A DNA stretch of 64,000 nt from Nitrosopumilus sp. (GTDB taxonomy: Archaea > Thermoproteota > Nitrososphaeria > Nitrososphaerales > Nitrosopumilaceae): NCBI GenBank assembly GCA_965205425.1, contig CBDBGZ010000005.1, positions 1 through 64,000 on the forward strand, written 5' to 3'. The position numbers and the translations under genes are program-made. Position 1 is the first letter of the stretch. The number at the start of each line of letters is the position of its first letter. Below are positions 52,700 to 62,848 of the stretch, one piece after another. Below the pieces are notes generated by a model. It did no database searches and was not told the DNA's origin. It saw only the letters and a program-made list of their open reading frames with translations.

Positions 52700-53260
52700 C
52701 TAATTTGCAAATGTTAGGCCTTTCAGATATTCATCAAGATCCCTAGTTGATGCAAACTCATACTTTGGTGGCAAATAATCTTCTTCAGTTCCAGTTTGCA
52801 CTAGATACCATCCATCAGAATCTACAAATCCTTCGAAATATTGGTCTGGCGGAGTAGGAGGATCAAAGCCATTATAGTAAATTTCAACAAATTCTGCTCC
52901 ACATGCTGGACATACACGAATTTGAGGTTCATTTTCAACTTTTAATTTGCGATAAGAGAGGTCACCTAACCAGGATAATGCATGAAAATGCTTCTTGATG
53001 CCACAATGTGTGAGAAGATAGTAAAAAGTATTGAAAACAGACTTTCGTATGCCTAAATCCTTGATAAACCATCGATTATTTTTGTAAAATACTTCTGCAA
53101 TTTTGTCTATACGTCCAAATCCCACGGCATGGAAATGTGGAGAATAATACCAACAGCGAATTTTTTTGTTAAATCTAAATGGATGAAAAATAAGCCCACA
53201 TCCTATTACACCCAATTCAGAAATAATTTTCCTAGCCTTCTTTTTTAATTCTGGAAAACC
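52700..53260 (-). pseudogene. Rolling-circle (HUH) Rep, 5'-truncated
   Basis: IFHPFR, SPHFHAVG, YYLLTHCG, WLGDLSY, CPACG. Confidence 0.75.
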
Positions 53261-53323
53261 AGCTTAGTGCCTAAAACCTCACAAATACCGTGATATTACC
53301 ATGATATAACAAATTCCATTCCA

Positions 53324-53406
53324 CTAGTCAAGCTCACTAGTCAAGCTCACTCTCACTTTATCTCACGTTCTAGTCAAGCTCACATTTACGGGCTAGTCAA
53401 GCTCAC
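53324..53406. repeat. Four perfect 14-bp direct repeats (iteron-like)
   Basis: CTAGTCAAGCTCAC at 53324, 53337, 53370, 53393. Confidence 0.92.
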
Positions 53407-53910
53407 TATTCTTTCATTTTTTTTGTGGGTTCACGAAAAAATTATTTCCCATTTTGTCCAATACTTAGGTTCACTTTTGGCCAATATCTCACACTCACAA
53501 GGGGGGTATTTGCCTAGTATTTTTCACAAGTGAAAATGAAGTGGAAGTGAAAATGAGTTATCACTCAATAAAATCATACAAACTAAAATACATCTAAACT
53601 TTCTAATTAAATTGAAGAAGTGAGGATTTGGAATGTGCCAATTTTAGTCGATTTTCACGATTCCCTAGATTGTTCTAGTTCTCACTTCTTCATTTTTTCT
53701 GATCTATAGATCTTTCCATTTGTGCCTAATCTCGTTGTTTGCATTTAGTCAAATTTAGTGAAATATTTAGTGAAATAATTGAATAGCATATTTTATAACT
53801 CACAAAAAATTAGTAAAAATGACTAAAATTGGTAAGTGAGGATTCACAATCTAGACTATGTTTAAGCTGCACTTTCTCTAGTGTAGGTTTGAATCTTCAC
53901 TTTCTAGGAA

Positions 53911-54750
53911 GTGGGGATTTTGAACTCAGTTCTTAACGCTTCACTTCCTCAATCTCGAAATAGAGTCGATGGTGTTCAAACTTCAAATTCTGAAATTTTA
54001 GATAAAGTCCTAAAATTATTCCAAACTCATAAAATTCTCACTGCTAGAGCAATAGGTGAAAATTTGGGTGTCTCAAGGGAACACGCCCAAAGAGAATATG
54101 TGAAGCCCTTGATAGCTGCAGGTAAAATTAAGAAAATTGAAACTTCAAAAGGCCAATACCAGCTAATAGATGATACTACAACAAAAGCCGATCTCACTGC
54201 AGAGTTATATTCTGAATCTGAAGTGATGCAAACACAATTTTTCAGAACATGGATTGAAAATAACACTGCTAAACAAGAGCATAAAAAATTGACACGCTTT
54301 GCTAGAATCTGTTTGGGTGAGATTAATCCAAAATTCAAGATTCACCCTGATGCAATTACAAAAGAAAATTGGGAAACTGTCATTATTACTATACGAAAAA
54401 TGCTTCTTGAATTAACCAACAAGAAAAATCTTGGATGGGGTGATAGACAAGTATTAAGACACGCTGTAAAATATGGCCTAGATGTAAATCTATCAGAAGA
54501 AAAAGGAATTAGACTAGGTATTTCGGGCGAAAAGGACAAGCCAAAAAGTGCAGATCTAAGAATTTCAAGTGAGCAAGTTGAACAGTCAAAGAAATTATTA
54601 AAAAAATTACCTTTAGAGTTTGTTAAATTTGGTGTTAAGAGCTGGACTTTTTGTCGTCCCTCAAGTATGTATTTGATAGAAACTAATGATTTGAAATTTT
54701 ATGATAGAACGGTTCTGGTGCATTCTAGTGATCTGACACATAAATCATGA
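53911..54750 (+). pseudogene. wHTH plus tyrosine-recombinase-like gene, apparently 3'-truncated
   Basis: LTARAIGENLGVSREH HTH; TFCRPSS box-I-like Arg; no HxxR/Y motifs. Confidence 0.55.
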
Positions 54751-55079
54751 AATATGGATCTTCTCTGAATTGGATTTCCTCAAATTGTCTGATTTCTACT
54801 TGAATAATTTGTAATAATCAGACTCAAAAAACTCTGCTGGTGGATTTTGATGATCTGATCACCATTTTGCACCAGAACCTTTGGCCAGTTAAACAACAAA
54901 TTTGGATAGAAAAATCTTGAAGGAGGCTGTGCTTCTCCATCAAATATGAATCATAATCTTGATTTTGTACACATCAAAAATTCCACAACTGGTGCATTTA
55001 CAAATTGAGGAATTTTTTAGTCATTACAGACCAATTAATTCTCATAAAGGATTAAATACAAAGTTCATGACCAATTGTC

Positions 55080-55268
55080 ATGAATAAGCAACTTGATTCA
55101 CAATGTGTAATAAAATACATGTTTACACACGAACAGATAGAAGAACAGGAGCAATTCACACAAGACCTCAAAGCAGGTAATGCCTCGATAGCTTTCGAAG
55201 GATCATTTCTAGAAGGTATGGCATTTTTAAAAGGAACAAACGAACTTGTGGAAAATATAGTTCACTAA
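55080..55268 (+). CDS. Small hypothetical protein
   Basis: 62-aa ORF co-oriented with the next gene. Confidence 0.4.
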   Translation: MNKQLDSQCVIKYMFTHEQIEEQEQFTQDLKAGNASIAFEGSFLEGMAFLKGTNELVENIVH

Positions 55269-55361
55269 AAAGTTCTTCATCCAATTTATGAATCTGGAAA
55301 ATAAATCTAGAGAATTTGTAATGGAATATGTGGATTACATACTTGATAATGCAAACATTAC

Positions 55362-57383
55362 TATCTTTTCCGGAAATTAGTTCACCCCTTAACTAGGAGA
55401 GCATCATTCCCATACTATCGTATGCGTGGGTATCGTGGCATACCTATGGTAAAGTTAGATGAGAATAAGATCAGGTGGATTATACAATCTAAAAATGAAA
55501 AAGTCAAGAATTTAGATATTTCAGTAATCCTCAAGATAACGCCTAGAAGAGTACAACAAGTCTACTCTCAGTACAAAAAAACCAAAAAGATTCCCACACT
55601 CAAAAGGCCAGGGCGTCCAAAAAAGCCAGTCACTGTACACGAGATAGAGCTAGTCAAACAAGTTCAAGAAAAATTTCATACAAACGCACTATACCTTGAG
55701 AAAATCATATCAAAATTGTGGCCTTGTAGAAACCATAATAAAATAACAAAATCTAATTTTCTAATCCTGTAAGCATTGTATGCAATTAACCTGTACAACA
55801 TCTCATTGTCCTGAGTTGTAACATTTCTTGATGTGACATCTCCTGACATTATCTGTTTGATCACAAAAAAGATTGTTTCAGATTTGTTTCTCTGATGGTA
55901 CAATTGTACAGGAAAGTTCCTCTTCATCTCCTTTCTGTGAATTCCACTGGTTCTGTAAATTGGAACTGTTCTATATCGAGTTGGAATTATTGCAGCTGTG
56001 TTGATCTGTTCTGCACCAACATGGTTATTCTCATCATCAAAACCCATGTCACCTAACACAATATCAACTGGAACAATATTGTTGGTTTTGTACAACAATG
56101 GCAGAAAATCAAGATTATCATGTTGCATGTTGTGGTGTGTCATGACACAGCAAACAAGCTGTGTATTCATGTCAGCACAAACAACAACTTTTAGGAAATT
56201 CCTGCGTAACTGTACTCTTTTTGTATAATAGTATGATGCTGTACTGTAACTGAATCCGCTACCATCAATTCCAGCTAGAACCAGTCTGACTTTTTTGTAC
56301 AAAATGAATTCCTGCAACATTTTATGTAACAGATTTCCTTCCAGTCTTGCAGCTGCCTTTTGTAGTGTGGTGTAATGTGGAATGGTAGACAAACCAAGAT
56401 ATTCCTGAATTCCTACACATTCTTCTAAAAATTCTGTAAATCTTCTATAACTCTTTGATTCGTACTGTCGTATTGCCAAGAGTATGAGATGTGTCCAAAC
56501 AGAATAGATATGATTTGATTTTGGATGTAAGAACCTGGGAATTCTGCATCTGGTGATTATATTGAGTAGTGTTTTGCACATTTTGACGTATGATGAGACC
56601 ATACTGTAATCTGCAAATACAATCCTAATGGATCTAAATTAGCTAAAATGTATCACAATTGGGTTAAAATCAGATGGTTTCTACAAGGCCCAAAATTGTA
56701 CAATACCAAGATAAACCACAATCGCATCCACAAGATTATGCTAGATGAAGGATTATCAGTTGAGCAACCACGGAAAAAGATGAGAAGAAAGTGGATCAGG
56801 TATGAACGTGAATATTCAAATTCACTGTGGCATACTGACTGGCACACAATACATGATTCACGCTGGGCAGGAAAACAACTAATTGCATTTGAAGATGATG
56901 CCTCACGATTTATCACGGGTTTCGGAGGGTATGATGAGGCAACATCTGTGAATTCTTCTGAAGTACTATCTGATGCAATAAAGAATCACGGTAGACCAGC
57001 ATCCGTACTATCTGATAATGGAAAACAGTTCACATCAAATGTCAATACTCTTGATCATAACAAGCCAGTAGACTTTGAGCAGCAACTAATGAGACATCAC
57101 GTAAAGCACTCTCGTACAAGAGTGAGACATCCACAAACAAATGGTAAGCTAGAAAAGTTCTGGGATATCTTTGAGTGTAAAATAGAATACTTTGAGTCAG
57201 TGGAGCAGTTTATGCATTGGTACAATCACATTAGAGTTCATGGCGCACTAGACTTGGATAATATGGAGACACCATCTGATGCGTATCACTCCAAGATGAT
57301 AACAAACGAAATACTCATAGACCCAAGTATTCTATGGAGGAATTACTCATGAAAGTGACACGAAATAATTTTTGGAAAGAACA
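55362..57383 (+). mobile_element. IS481-family element carrying an IS5 insertion
   Basis: Imperfect TIRs; 15-bp direct repeat TAATGCAAACATTAC; WHTD, DDASRF, SDNGKQF, PQTNGKLEKF; transposase split at 55720. Confidence 0.9.
55720..56690 (-). mobile_element. IS5-family element type 1, copy 2
   Basis: Same TIR as 3833-4803; 9-bp TSD CAAAATTGT. Confidence 0.95.
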
Positions 57384-57742
57384 TAATGCAAACATTACAG
57401 AAGAATTTGAATACGATATAGTTGACGAGTATGAAAATGGTGTTGAAACCATGCAAATGCCTGTTAATTACAAAGTTGTTTCAGATGAAGAAAAAGTATA
57501 CATAATTTCAGTCAATACAAATGGTCTAGAACAACATAAAAAATATAGGCAGTTTTAAAATAATTACAAATATCATTCTATTACTATCCCGAATTTATTA
57601 AAAATAATGTCAATTGAAAACTCTATCATACTAATATCGCCACAAATTACAGAAACAGAGAGAATAACTGCAATATGAACCCTGGCAGGTAATCTAGAAG
57701 AATATGATGTTTTGCTGAGGAATCACACTTGAGGAATCATAC

Positions 57743-58006
57743 ATGACAGGTACCGTAAATTTCAACATTGACTTATCCCCAATTCTAAAATCCATCACAC
57801 CAATTGAAAAAAACATTGCAAAGTATAACGAATCAGCATTGAAAGATGCCCAAATAATTCTGCGAAACAAAATAAAAAAACTAGCTCCGAAAAAATCAGG
57901 CAAATATGCAGAATCGTGGAAACTTGGAAAAATTACAGGTAATCGAGCCGAAGTATTTACAAATAACAAATACAAATCATTTTCTAGCAATCAATTTACA
58001 CGATAA
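57743..58006 (+). CDS. HK97 gp10-like virion protein, probably truncated
   Basis: IKKLAPKKSGKYAESW resembles the APxxTGxLxxS motif. Confidence 0.55.
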   Translation: MTGTVNFNIDLSPILKSITPIEKNIAKYNESALKDAQIILRNKIKKLAPKKSGKYAESWKLGKITGNRAEVFTNNKYKSFSSNQFTR

Positions 58007-58016
58007 AGAAAACCCT

Positions 58017-58486
58017 CTACATTGCATTGCCCTTTCTTCTGGCAAATATCATTTTCAATCCTCGATACACGGCATATGCCATGACAAAAACTACTATAAT
58101 CCAAAATATTCTCTCATGTACCAACTCCGGCGATACCGGACTGTATTGAACTATTTGCATTGCAGCAAGGTTCTCACTAGTTATCCTCCCGCCCCACTCA
58201 TTTTCAGCAATTACACTCACAGGTTCCCTGTCAGGCAAAACTATAACACATCCCTTGCTACAAGCGATATTTTTGGAGATTCCCCATCAATTGTCACATC
58301 AGTTATCTCGCCGAATTTTGGATGATACGGTATTGATACTGCGGTGTTTGCCCTTGTAATATCCAATGCATTTTCAGGATACATGTTGACATGGTATAGC
58401 ATCGGTTGCAGCAATACCACTTTGTCCAGGTGTATGTTTTGTGTCTTTTGTGATCCGAGTCGGTCAGCAGATATCGTCATGTCCAT
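58017..58486 (-). pseudogene. Frameshifted 3' fragment of a membrane-anchored protein
   Basis: Two abutting ORFs in different frames; C-terminal TM; higher GC. Confidence 0.5.
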
Positions 58487-58620
58487 TGAAGTGAGTTCAG
58501 TGTGAAAATCATGGGGTGGTGTGTTTAAAATGAACTAATTCTGATTCAATAAGAGAAATCTTTGCCAAATACATACAATTCAATGGGCATAAGTTTTATT
58601 CTCACATATTTGAAAACTAG

Positions 58621-59415
58621 TTGTTGAATCAAGATATCATTAATGAAATCAAGAATCAAGATTATGCAGACATTACTGAAAAAATTGAAAAGTTTCTAAC
58701 AGAACAAATAGAGAACAGTAATTCAAAAGGACTCATTTTAGGATTAAGTGGAGGAATAGATTCAGCAGTTTTAGCTTATATTTGTAAAAGAAATCTAAAA
58801 GAAAAAACTCTTGCACTAATAATGCCAGATACATCAATTACACCAAAATCAGAAACAGAAGATGCACTCAAAATGATTTCATTGACAGGAATTGAATACA
58901 AATTAATTGACATCAAACCAATCATAAATGAATATTCAATGTATCTTGAACCAAATGAGAAATCCAGGGGGAATCTAAGGGCAAGAGTGAGAACAAATAT
59001 TTTGTATTATTATGCAAATGCCAAAAATTATCTTGTTTTAGGATCTAGTGATAAAAGTGAATATCAAATTGGATATTTTACTAAATTTGGTGATGGAGCA
59101 TCAGATGTAACTCCAATCGTATCACTATACAAATTACAAGTAAGAGAAATAGCAAAACATCTAGGGATTCCTAATTATGTCATAGAAAAAAAGAGTAGCC
59201 CACACCTATGGAAAGATCATGAAGCTGAAAATGAACTAGGAGTTTCATATGAAGAGATAGATTCAATTTTGTATTGCATATATGAGAAAAAACAATCAAT
59301 TGCGGAAACAGGAAAAAATACTCAAATTGATAAAGAGATCATAGAAAAAATACAGCAATTACACATAAACAGTGAACATAAAAGATTGCCATCCCAAAAA
59401 CCAGATAGAGGATAG
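58621..59415 (+). CDS. nadE: NH3-dependent NAD+ synthetase
   Basis: GLSGGIDS, GNLRARVR, GYFTKFGDG. Confidence 0.97.
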   Translation: MLNQDIINEIKNQDYADITEKIEKFLTEQIENSNSKGLILGLSGGIDSAVLAYICKRNLKEKTLALIMPDTSITPKSETEDALKMISLTGIEYKLIDIKPIINEYSMYLEPNEKSRGNLRARVRTNILYYYANAKNYLVLGSSDKSEYQIGYFTKFGDGASDVTPIVSLYKLQVREIAKHLGIPNYVIEKKSSPHLWKDHEAENELGVSYEEIDSILYCIYEKKQSIAETGKNTQIDKEIIEKIQQLHINSEHKRLPSQKPDRG

Positions 59416-59416
59416 T

Positions 59417-60805
59417 ATGAAATTACAAGACACATTAACTAAATCAGAACAAGAGGTAGATACCTCAAAAAAAGTCAAAATTTACCTTTGTGGTGTAACA
59501 GTATATGATGAATCCCACATAGGACATGCAAGAACAATCATAGTTTTTGATGTTCTTAGAAAATATTTTGAGGATAAAGGAATAGAAGTTGAGTTTATTC
59601 AAAATTTTACAGATGTAGATGATAAAATAATAAATCGTGCCAAAGCAGAAAATAAAACTGCAGAAGAAATTAGTACTAAATACATCAATAATTATTTCAG
59701 AGATTTTGACGGATTAAATGTAAAGAGAGCAACAAATTATCCTAAAGCAACTGAACATATTGAAGATATAATAAAATTTATTAAAAAATTAATCGATAAA
59801 GGAATTGCATATTCATCTAAAAATGGAGTTTATTTTTCAGTGTTAAAATTTCCAAGATATGGGAAATTGTCTAAAAAGAAAATAGATGAGCTTCAATCAG
59901 GGGCAAGAGTTGAAGTGGATGAGGAAAAAAATGACCCTTTAGATTTTGCAGTATGGAAATTATCAGATGTTGAACCTGCATGGAATAGTCCTTGGGGCAA
60001 AGGAAGACCTGGATGGCATATTGAATGTTCAGCAATGAGTGTCAAGTATTTGGGAGAAAATTTTGATATTCATGGTGGAGGACGTGATCTGATTTTCCCA
60101 CACCATGAAAATGAAATTGCTCAATCAGAATCATGTACAGGCAGTCAATTTGCAAAAATTTGGATGCATGTAGGAATGGTAACAATTGAAGGTGAAAAAA
60201 TGTCAAAATCAATTGGTAATGTAAAATCAATAAAACATGTTTTAAAGGATTGGGGGCAAAACATAATCAGGTTATTTTGTTTATCAGGACACTATTCCAA
60301 ACCAATTGATTATTCTGAAGAATTACTAAAAGAGAACCTTACCAAATGGAGGCAAGTAGAAACCAGCTATTATGAGATAATGCACGCAAATAGTGAAAAC
60401 AGTATAAAAATTTCTGAATTTGTTAGTAAAGTAGGCATAGAATTTGACAAAGCATTGGAAGGAGATTTCAATACACATCTAGCATTATCAGCATTTTTTC
60501 AACTAGTCAAAGAAACCAATAGATTGGCAGCTGAAGAAAAACTTGGTAAAGAAAATTCACTAATTATCAAAGAAGAATTAAAAAGGATGTTAGAAATTTT
60601 GGGATTAAGTATTCCAGAGATTACAGACAGTAAAAAAGAAGAGATTGACGAATTAATTATTAATAGAGAAAAATCTAGAAAAGAAAAAAAGTTTGAAGAA
60701 GCAGATAAAATTAGAGACAAACTAAATGAAATGAATGTTGAGCTTATTGATCATAAAGGAAAAACAATTTGGATGTTAAAAGAAAATATTAAAGCTGAAA
60801 AATAA
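59417..60805 (+). CDS. cysS: Cysteinyl-tRNA synthetase
   Basis: CGVTVYD, HIGH, GRPGWHIECS, KMSKS. Confidence 0.98.
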   Translation: MKLQDTLTKSEQEVDTSKKVKIYLCGVTVYDESHIGHARTIIVFDVLRKYFEDKGIEVEFIQNFTDVDDKIINRAKAENKTAEEISTKYINNYFRDFDGLNVKRATNYPKATEHIEDIIKFIKKLIDKGIAYSSKNGVYFSVLKFPRYGKLSKKKIDELQSGARVEVDEEKNDPLDFAVWKLSDVEPAWNSPWGKGRPGWHIECSAMSVKYLGENFDIHGGGRDLIFPHHENEIAQSESCTGSQFAKIWMHVGMVTIEGEKMSKSIGNVKSIKHVLKDWGQNIIRLFCLSGHYSKPIDYSEELLKENLTKWRQVETSYYEIMHANSENSIKISEFVSKVGIEFDKALEGDFNTHLALSAFFQLVKETNRLAAEEKLGKENSLIIKEELKRMLEILGLSIPEITDSKKEEIDELIINREKSRKEKKFEEADKIRDKLNEMNVELIDHKGKTIWMLKENIKAEK

Positions 60806-60808
60806 AAA

Positions 60809-60885
60809 TTAGTGTAAACTAATTAGTTGATGCTAATTCTTTTTGTGCCTAAAAAAATTAGGAGTGTCTAATTAGGACAATCTAA
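60809..60885. promoter_or_regulatory. Four TTAG-N6-CTAA boxes in two abutting pairs
   Basis: 60809-60822, 60823-60836, 60858-60871, 60872-60885. Confidence 0.7.
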
Positions 60886-60925
60886 TTTTCGTGATGTTTA
60901 ATAGAATAAAAAAACAAGTTATTAC

Positions 60926-61207
60926 ATGAATGCATGGAATAAATTTTGGCAATGGTATGAAAATAAAATATTGGGAAGTGTAATTTTAATTGCAATTATA
61001 CAATTCATTCAAGTTCCACATATGATTTGGAATGCCGACATCATGTTAGAAGCAGGAATTGTCTCAAGAGTTCATCCAATTATTGATTGGTTCTTGTATG
61101 GGGTTGATTTGATTGAGATTATTTCCATAATTAATGTTGGAATGATCATGTTTAGTTTGATTAAGAAAAAAAGATCAGAGAAGAAACAAATTAAAAAAAT
61201 GGTATAG
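60926..61207 (+). CDS. Small two-TM membrane protein
   Basis: 93 aa; His, Asp and Glu residues in or near the TMs. Confidence 0.75.
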   Translation: MNAWNKFWQWYENKILGSVILIAIIQFIQVPHMIWNADIMLEAGIVSRVHPIIDWFLYGVDLIEIISIINVGMIMFSLIKKKRSEKKQIKKMV

Positions 61208-61208
61208 G

Positions 61209-62036
61209 CTATTTTTCAGCATCCCAAATAACACGTTGTGGGAATGGAATTTCTATTCCAGATTTATCCAATGCATGTTTTATTGTAGTCAACAAGATAG
61301 GTTGGGCCTGACTCCAGTCATCACGTGGATGCCATACCAATACCTGAATATTCACACTTGAATCCCCTAGTTCTTCAACTCGAAATTCAGGTTCAGGGAT
61401 TCTAAGTATAAAGGGCATCGAAAGTTGTATTTCAATTTTAATTGCAGTTATGGCAGTGTCAATATCATCTTTGTAAGCAATGCCCACCATTGCTTCAGCC
61501 CTTCTTACTGTTGAAACAGTTAATGAACGAATATTTGATGTGAAGAATTTTTCGTTAGGTATTCGAATTACAGTTCCATCAAATTTACGAATTCTACTAG
61601 AAAAGGTTCCAATATCCAACAAGATTCCAGAAATACCCATATCAGGAATTTGCAAAGTATCCCCATGTTTTGCAGGCTTTTCAATCATCAAGAAAACACC
61701 AGAGATTAAATTAGAAACAACAGATTGTGTTGCAAATCCAATCACCACTGCAAATATTCCACCAGCAACAAGTAATCCTGAAAAATCAAGTCCTTGACTA
61801 GAAGTAAATGCAAAAAATGCAATCAGTATTATTCCAAAATAGATTATCTTTCCAAAATTCTTTGCAGTGTCTTGTGGAAATGTAGGTGCATAGTATTTGA
61901 AGAAAATCATTTTTACAATTTTTGCAATAATTATTCCAGCTGCCATTATTATTCCCCCAATTAACAATGAAAGAACAGTTAATCCACCAACAATCTCCAT
62001 TTCAGATAATCCTTGGAAAAAGTCCATAGGAATCAT
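61209..62036 (-). CDS. mscS: Mechanosensitive channel MscS
   Basis: IGFATQSVVSNLISG, IPNEKF, GIEIPFPQR. Confidence 0.95.
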   Translation of the reverse strand: MIPMDFFQGLSEMEIVGGLTVLSLLIGGIIMAAGIIIAKIVKMIFFKYYAPTFPQDTAKNFGKIIYFGIILIAFFAFTSSQGLDFSGLLVAGGIFAVVIGFATQSVVSNLISGVFLMIEKPAKHGDTLQIPDMGISGILLDIGTFSSRIRKFDGTVIRIPNEKFFTSNIRSLTVSTVRRAEAMVGIAYKDDIDTAITAIKIEIQLSMPFILRIPEPEFRVEELGDSSVNIQVLVWHPRDDWSQAQPILLTTIKHALDKSGIEIPFPQRVIWDAEK

Positions 62037-62788
62037 TCTAATCCCATTTCCATAGAGGTATTAGCAGTACTATCCTCCCAAGTAGGAGATTTTATCCAAT
62101 CTGTACTAAGTGAATCGGTTTGAACATCTGCAATACTTACAACGGCACGTTTTTTCAAAGTTACTTTAATTCCATCAAGAATAGATTTAGAGTCTTCATA
62201 GTATAGTGAATTATCAGTAATTGGAAAAATTACTTTGCTGACAATTTGTCCAGAATTCAAATTATTTTCAATGATGATTTTCATTACACCTTCAACATAA
62301 GGAACAGAATCAGAAAAATCAGTTGCAAGAGTTACTTCAGCATATTTACACAAAATTCCAGTATCAGGAGAGCCATACAAGCCAAATCTAGAATTTAGAG
62401 GACTACAAGTTACCCAATCCAAGGATTCTAGTTTAGAATCATGAATTAAAAAAATCCCCACTTCAATTGGACAATGGACAAAAATACTTGCAGTTGAATT
62501 TTGGCTAAGATAGATTTCTTTATCAAATTTTAAAAATACATATCCAGTTCGTCTAGCTGGATAATTTAGTGGTCTAATAGGAGCTACTTCAATTTTTAAT
62601 TCATTTGATTTTGCAGGAATCATTTTTTCAACAATTTTGCCTTCAGAATCTTGTCGAAAATATGAAAAAGCATGTTCGCCTATCCTTTCAATTTTTACAG
62701 ATGTCTCAGGGAAATTTAATTCCAAATGATCACTAATCAAATATTCTCCATATTTAGAATAGTTTGATTCCACAGTATCTTCACTCAT
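62033..62788 (-). CDS. DUF432-like protein
   Basis: PIRPLNYP, PIEVGI, LYGSPDTG; upstream of mscS. Confidence 0.75.
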   Translation of the reverse strand: MSEDTVESNYSKYGEYLISDHLELNFPETSVKIERIGEHAFSYFRQDSEGKIVEKMIPAKSNELKIEVAPIRPLNYPARRTGYVFLKFDKEIYLSQNSTASIFVHCPIEVGIFLIHDSKLESLDWVTCSPLNSRFGLYGSPDTGILCKYAEVTLATDFSDSVPYVEGVMKIIIENNLNSGQIVSKVIFPITDNSLYYEDSKSILDGIKVTLKKRAVVSIADVQTDSLSTDWIKSPTWEDSTANTSMEMGLE

Positions 62789-62848
62789 CGTTTCCTTTGC
62801 TATCTAAATCTAGAATTTATGTTCTCTCATTTGGATAGATCAAAAAAA

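Larger units (their letters stand above)
55288..57558 (+). pseudogene. Small acidic protein gene interrupted by IS481
   Basis: MNLENKSREFVMEYVDYILDNANIT joins EEFEYDIV in frame. Confidence 0.65.

Noticed and set aside
53324..53406. 14-bp repeats as a CRISPR array
   Set aside because: Too short, with irregular 0-19 bp gaps
54712..55025. Possible degraded Cys-containing gene on the minus strand
   Set aside because: Multiple stops in the frames I translated; no family recognisable
3182..61797. Numerous short antisense or overlapping ORFs in the track
   Set aside because: Shadows of well-supported genes on the other strand or frame
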